From NCBI GenBank assembly GCA_043819555.1, contig JBDREQ010000039.1:37828-101827 (forward strand): a stretch of DNA of 64,000 nucleotides. The letters run 5' to 3'. Below are positions 59,577 to 64,000 of the stretch, in pieces. The stretch is from Candidatus Zixiibacteriota bacterium (GTDB taxonomy: Bacteria > Zixibacteria > MSB-5A5 > GN15 > JAAZOE01). The notes beneath the pieces are model-generated. The model did no database searches. It was given only the letters and a program-made list of their open reading frames with translations, and was not told the DNA's origin. Position 1 is the stretch's first letter, and every line of letters starts with the position of its first letter. The translations under genes and the position numbers were made by a program.

Positions 59577-61523
59577 TTACTCCCCAATATCTTTATCTGC
59601 CGCATGTTCATGGCGATAGACATCCTCGGGCATCTTCCCCGTAAACCATGCCGGGTTCATGGGATATACGCCCGGACTGAAAATGGTTGAGTACATATGC
59701 CATACAATAATTGCGAGCATTGCCAGCCAAGCTTCATAATAATGTACAACAAGCAATATATCAAGCAGTCCTTTGGGAAACAGTTGCATGGCAAAATTAT
59801 CAAACCAAAGGAAAAGCCCGCTAACGATCATCACAAATGTTCCCCAAACCAGAGCCCAGTATTCGGCCTTCTCCATATAGCTAAAGCGACCATAAGCCGG
59901 CTTGTGCTTCTTAATGCCGAGATTATAAAATACCATTGCGAACCCTTCTCGGACATCATTCATCCTTGGCCAAATATCCCGCAGGAACTGTCTGCCGCGA
60001 GGAGTTGTCAAATATATAAGGTGCCAAATCACGGTAATGACAAAAATAACCGCGGACGTCCGGTGAATGATGCCGCGCAGAGGAAAACCACCTTCCCAGC
60101 CAAAAAGCCACTCAACCCAGAACGATTCGGAGTATCGTAAAGCAAAGCCCGTAATCACCAGAACAATAAAACTCATCATCAAAAACGTATGTTGCCAAAC
60201 TTCATTAAAACTCATTCGTCTGATCTGCTTTCTTTGAAGCATGAGATAAATCTGCTTGCGTAAATCAATTGCCCAATGGATAAGCATAATTCCAATTGTC
60301 ACAATAATAAGGATTACATAAATATCCGCGATTAAACTGGCTAAAGGTGTCCGGGATTCACCGGGAGTGGAATGAATTGGAGTTGAGGCCATTTCTACTG
60401 AAATCCCGGGATGACAATTGCCACAAGTCTCCTGTAAATTTGCCGAATAAATCGATGAGGTAGAATCTGTATGAGGCAGGATCCGATGCGCCCCATGACA
60501 AGACGCGCAATTGGCAACGGTCAAATCGCCCGCTTTACTCTTAAGACCATGATAACTATCGTACCAAGTGCGTAATCGCCCGGCCGGAATGTCATATTTC
60601 TCGTTAATGAAAGCCGACTCGTGGCAAGGCGAACAGGTTGCTTCAGCTAAACGGGATGAACTCACATTCGAAGCCTGGTCCTGGGGATCAATGATTCCAT
60701 GTTCGCCATGACAATTAGTACATACGGGTGAATCCGTCTCACCGCGGGCCGCAAGTTGGCCATGAATGCCTTCCCAATAATCATATTCGACACTTCGGTG
60801 GCATTGGCCACAGGTTTTGGGAATGTTAAAATGATTGATAGGCGATTCTTGGTTTCCCGGCGATAATATCCGATGCGACGATCCCCCGGCTGAATGGCAG
60901 TCATTACAGGTGGCCGCCAGATATACGCCACGCGAGGTTGCCTTTCCGTGCACGCTGTTCTTGTACCTTGCAATCGCTTTTCCGGCGACCAGGTCATGTT
61001 TTTTTACAAGATCCAGATTTTCATGACATCGCCCGCACGTTTCCGGAAGATGAAGGGGATTGGTTCGAGATTCTTTTTCAATTGAGGGTAGGATATCATG
61101 ATTGCCGTGACAGTCTTTGCATTCGGGTATATCATGCTCACCTTCATGTTTTTGGCGCCCATGCCACTTGTAAAGCTCAGCTTCCTCGGCATGGCACTCG
61201 CCGCAATTTACCTCTTCAAGATTTTCATCATGGGGAAAATCATCCAACCCATCCAAATCAGTGTGACAACCGACACACTCCAAATCGGCATGAATCGAAT
61301 TTGTGAATTTCTTCACATTGACATATAAAGAGATGTTTTCTCCACCAATATCTTTTGTCAAATTAGGATCTTCATGGCAAGCCATGCAATCATCAACGGA
61401 TTGAGCAAACCCTGACGCACCGGAGAAAACAATCAGTAAAAAAGTCGTCAAATAGACGAGAGATATTAACGCTCCCTCTTCTTGATGCCTGCAGACTTTT
61501 TCAATAAAATTCCAGATTTTCAT
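59577..61523 (-). CDS. 11-heme cytochrome c fused to a cytochrome b membrane domain, CbcL-like
   Basis: 11 CxxCH counted by hand; WQH, IHR, WH, GRFSYMEKAEYW, VHYYEA, WHMY. Confidence 0.92.
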   Translation of the reverse strand: MKIWNFIEKVCRHQEEGALISLVYLTTFLLIVFSGASGFAQSVDDCMACHEDPNLTKDIGGENISLYVNVKKFTNSIHADLECVGCHTDLDGLDDFPHDENLEEVNCGECHAEEAELYKWHGRQKHEGEHDIPECKDCHGNHDILPSIEKESRTNPLHLPETCGRCHENLDLVKKHDLVAGKAIARYKNSVHGKATSRGVYLAATCNDCHSAGGSSHRILSPGNQESPINHFNIPKTCGQCHRSVEYDYWEGIHGQLAARGETDSPVCTNCHGEHGIIDPQDQASNVSSSRLAEATCSPCHESAFINEKYDIPAGRLRTWYDSYHGLKSKAGDLTVANCASCHGAHRILPHTDSTSSIYSANLQETCGNCHPGISVEMASTPIHSTPGESRTPLASLIADIYVILIIVTIGIMLIHWAIDLRKQIYLMLQRKQIRRMSFNEVWQHTFLMMSFIVLVITGFALRYSESFWVEWLFGWEGGFPLRGIIHRTSAVIFVITVIWHLIYLTTPRGRQFLRDIWPRMNDVREGFAMVFYNLGIKKHKPAYGRFSYMEKAEYWALVWGTFVMIVSGLFLWFDNFAMQLFPKGLLDILLVVHYYEAWLAMLAIIVWHMYSTIFSPGVYPMNPAWFTGKMPEDVYRHEHAADKDIGE

Positions 61524-61846
61524 AATGACATATTGGCCTTATCTACCCAAATAACCAAGACCATTCTCCCAGATAATTGATGCTTTCCACAATTACAATC
61601 CTATATATAAGGATTTATTATCATCCCTCAAATCATATTCATTCACGAAAAAAGGGCAAATCTAATCCTGATTTCAACATGCAAAATACATTGAAATTCT
61701 AAAAAATCAAGACATAATTGGGTTTGATAAGTCAAATATCGGCAATTTATAGAAAATGACTATCTGGCGGCAACCCAAGAGGGTGTCATAGACATCTGAT
61801 TAGGAAATATACCGCTGATTTACTTACTCATTGGTTGTTTCTTAAA

Positions 61847-62929
61847 TTATTCATAATAGTCAAAATAATTTTTTAGAGTATTTTGCCAAAGTTTCAGTTG
61901 CCCGAGGTATTCGTTGTACTCTTCATCTGATGCAATATAACATTTATCCACCTTATAACATTCTTTTGTACCGCTTAATTTCACCAAGACATTTACCGTA
62001 TTGTTGTCTTCTCCCAGTCGGTATTTTCCACCCAACATCGTTTTTTGCCAGAGTTTCCGACTTATGGGATTATCCCATTTTTTATTACCCATCGGAAGGG
62101 CAAATTCAGCAGTCTGAACCAGATCGACAAATGCGGCAAGAGCTTCCGGATTTTCAATATATCGAGGCAAATAGTCATATGCCTTCAAATCACTGTAATT
62201 AAATCTTATATAATAAGGTAAGGCCGGACATGCAAAAGTCGATTGCCTGCAAATAACCGAAAAATAGTTATATGCCAAATCGACTTTAACTTTCGGAACA
62301 TTGGCAATACTCGATTCTTTGGAGGGCAGATTACTAAAAAGGAGTTGAAGCACCGGTACAATTTCGTCCAAAATATTCAATTGCGATGTTTCCCATTGGG
62401 CCTCGCCTTGCCATATAACATCGCCTTTGGCATTTAATGCTTCGATTGATAATGTGTGAGTACAAACTGATACATCTTCAACAATTTGTTTTTTCTTTGA
62501 TGAAGACATACCAATTCCGATTAATCGCGATAGCATGATACCATATCCAGACGATAACTGCGATGACGAATTTATTGACAAGTTAGAGCTATAATCCGAC
62601 ATTTCAACCCGCGATTTAGTTATTTGTTCGGTCTTATATTTAACTGCAATGGAGTACTCATAATTTTCACTGGTAATATTAAATCCACGCCTTCTCAATA
62701 AATATTCGGATTTTTCATAAATATCCTTTTTCAATAATTTCTCATCCCCAATTAAAGGCGATGTCATTCCATCAACATTTATTTTTATATTTGCCAAAGG
62801 ACTTATTTCGGTCCCCGCATTTAGTCTACGCATCCATGGTTTCCAAACCTTTACTCGCGGGATTTGAGTACATCCTGTAAAAAGTAGACCAATAATAATG
62901 CATGCCATAATTTTATATTTGATTCTCAT
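61847..62929 (-). CDS. Hypothetical lipoprotein, AT-rich
   Basis: GGAGG RBS, lipobox LLFTGC, 360 aa; no confident family assignment. Confidence 0.7.
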   Translation of the reverse strand: MRIKYKIMACIIIGLLFTGCTQIPRVKVWKPWMRRLNAGTEISPLANIKINVDGMTSPLIGDEKLLKKDIYEKSEYLLRRRGFNITSENYEYSIAVKYKTEQITKSRVEMSDYSSNLSINSSSQLSSGYGIMLSRLIGIGMSSSKKKQIVEDVSVCTHTLSIEALNAKGDVIWQGEAQWETSQLNILDEIVPVLQLLFSNLPSKESSIANVPKVKVDLAYNYFSVICRQSTFACPALPYYIRFNYSDLKAYDYLPRYIENPEALAAFVDLVQTAEFALPMGNKKWDNPISRKLWQKTMLGGKYRLGEDNNTVNVLVKLSGTKECYKVDKCYIASDEEYNEYLGQLKLWQNTLKNYFDYYE

Positions 62930-63115
62930 TCTGATAATCCTCCAGATTTTTATCTATTTTTTGGGGATTCCCCCCAGCAAGATTTATAAAATAATAATAA
63001 ATAAATATATTGTCAAGTCAATCACATTTCATATACCAACGTTAGACCATTAATGCCTCTCCCCTATCTACCGATAATATAATGAAGTACCCTTATTGGG
63101 GTTGACAGGAGAAGT

Positions 63116-64000
63116 ATGTCTATTTTATGCCAACAAAATGGATATTCGCTGATAGAACTGGTTGTAGTTATTGTCATTATCGGGATTTTGACTGCAGTTG
63201 CTGTAAATACCCTTGACGGCGTTGAAGATATATCTCGCTTTGAGGAGACTCGGGCTGAAATGGAACTTCTCGCCTTTGCCATTGCCGGAAATCCTGAATT
63301 GGTTTCCGGAGGCGTCAGGATAGATTATGGCTATCTCGGCGACATCGGCGCCTTGCCTCCAAACTGGGACGCACTGGTATCCAACCCCGGATATTCTACC
63401 TGGAATGGTCCTTATATTACTGACGAATTTTCAACCGGAGTTAGCAATACTTATTTCAAACTTGATGCCTGGGGAATGACATATTCCTCTCCGAATAACA
63501 TTCAATTCGCTTCAACCGGCAGTGCTCAGACCATTACCCGACAATTGGCGAATTCTAATGGAGATATACTTTATAATCGGACATACCTGACTCTGACCGA
63601 TTATGATTTAACTCCGCCGGGATCCGATAATGTCGATTCGGCCAAAATGCTTCTCACCTTCCCTGACGGAGTTGGCGGTCTTGTTACGAAAAGCAAAAAT
63701 CCTACGGCAAACGGGCTTGTTGTTTTCGATTCGGTGCCGATCGGCATTCACCAATTGAGAACCATAATAATTCCCAATAACGATACACTGATTAGAATGG
63801 TCAATATCAATCCGGGACAGGATTATTATGCCGATATTCAGTATTATGATGATATTTGGGGCGGCGGGGGAAGCGGCGGAACCGATACTCTCCGGCCCGA
63901 TGGAGCGGGCTCTCTGACAAATCTCACGAATTCAGGTTGCTCAAGTAATTATCAGTGTGTTGATGAGGTTAGCTCCGACGATGACGCTACAATTGTAATC
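63116..64000 (+). CDS. Prepilin-type N-methylation protein, GspG-like pseudopilin with long C-terminal extension (partial)
   Basis: Hand-translated, open to the window end: MSILCQQNG|YSLIELVVVIVIIGIL, TWNGPYI, DAWG; AGGAG RBS at 63107. Not in the ORF track. Confidence 0.88.
   Translation, partial: MSILCQQNGYSLIELVVVIVIIGILTAVAVNTLDGVEDISRFEETRAEMELLAFAIAGNPELVSGGVRIDYGYLGDIGALPPNWDALVSNPGYSTWNGPYITDEFSTGVSNTYFKLDAWGMTYSSPNNIQFASTGSAQTITRQLANSNGDILYNRTYLTLTDYDLTPPGSDNVDSAKMLLTFPDGVGGLVTKSKNPTANGLVVFDSVPIGIHQLRTIIIPNNDTLIRMVNINPGQDYYADIQYYDDIWGGGGSGGTDTLRPDGAGSLTNLTNSGCSSNYQCVDEVSSDDDATIVI

Noticed and set aside
203..63282. Many short ORFs in the track that are antisense or out-of-frame within long genes (e.g. 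216-593, 10145-10603, 15576-16007, 25718-26146, 59697-60140, 63064-63282)
   Set aside because: They overlap well-supported genes, show no motifs or RBS, and look like shadow ORFs.

Overview
Bacterial chromosomal window from a diderm, probably anaerobically respiring organism (TolC, lipoproteins, multiheme cytochromes). The gene content suggests an FCB-group or Zixibacteria-like lineage, but that is inference only. The left 26 kb is mostly housekeeping: an RsbV-RsbW-RsbU partner-switching cluster, an ECF sigma operon, obgE-dprA-ptsH-ptsI-pgi/pmi, tilS-hpt-ftsH-folE-folP-cdaA, a CBS/CysK-family gene, an MFS transporter, a nitroreductase, msrA and a LysA-like decarboxylase. It is interrupted by an AT-rich NYN-RNase gene preceded by a promoter, a short structured RNA and a terminator (type III toxin-antitoxin-like layout). 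The region 26.5-55.9 kb is an envelope-transport island. Its centrepiece is a 7-gene operon that physically merges RND and ABC transport: a free ABC ATPase, an ABC-2 permease fused to an apparently inactive M1-peptidase-like domain, TolC, an MFP, an RND permease, a second RND permease fused to an ABC ATPase whose NBD is split by a membrane insert, and a second small permease. Next come an OmpR-type two-component system, a divergent PDZ/NEW3/ABC-2 operon whose NEW3 protein carries an MFP-like hairpin, and a sigma54-controlled MacA/ATPase module with a frameshifted activator and no permease. The right end holds two tandem CbcL-like multiheme cytochrome c/cytochrome b fusions (19 and 11 CxxCH motifs), an orphan lipoprotein and a long GspG-like pseudopilin cut by the window edge. 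I saw no rRNA, tRNA, CRISPR array or transposase.
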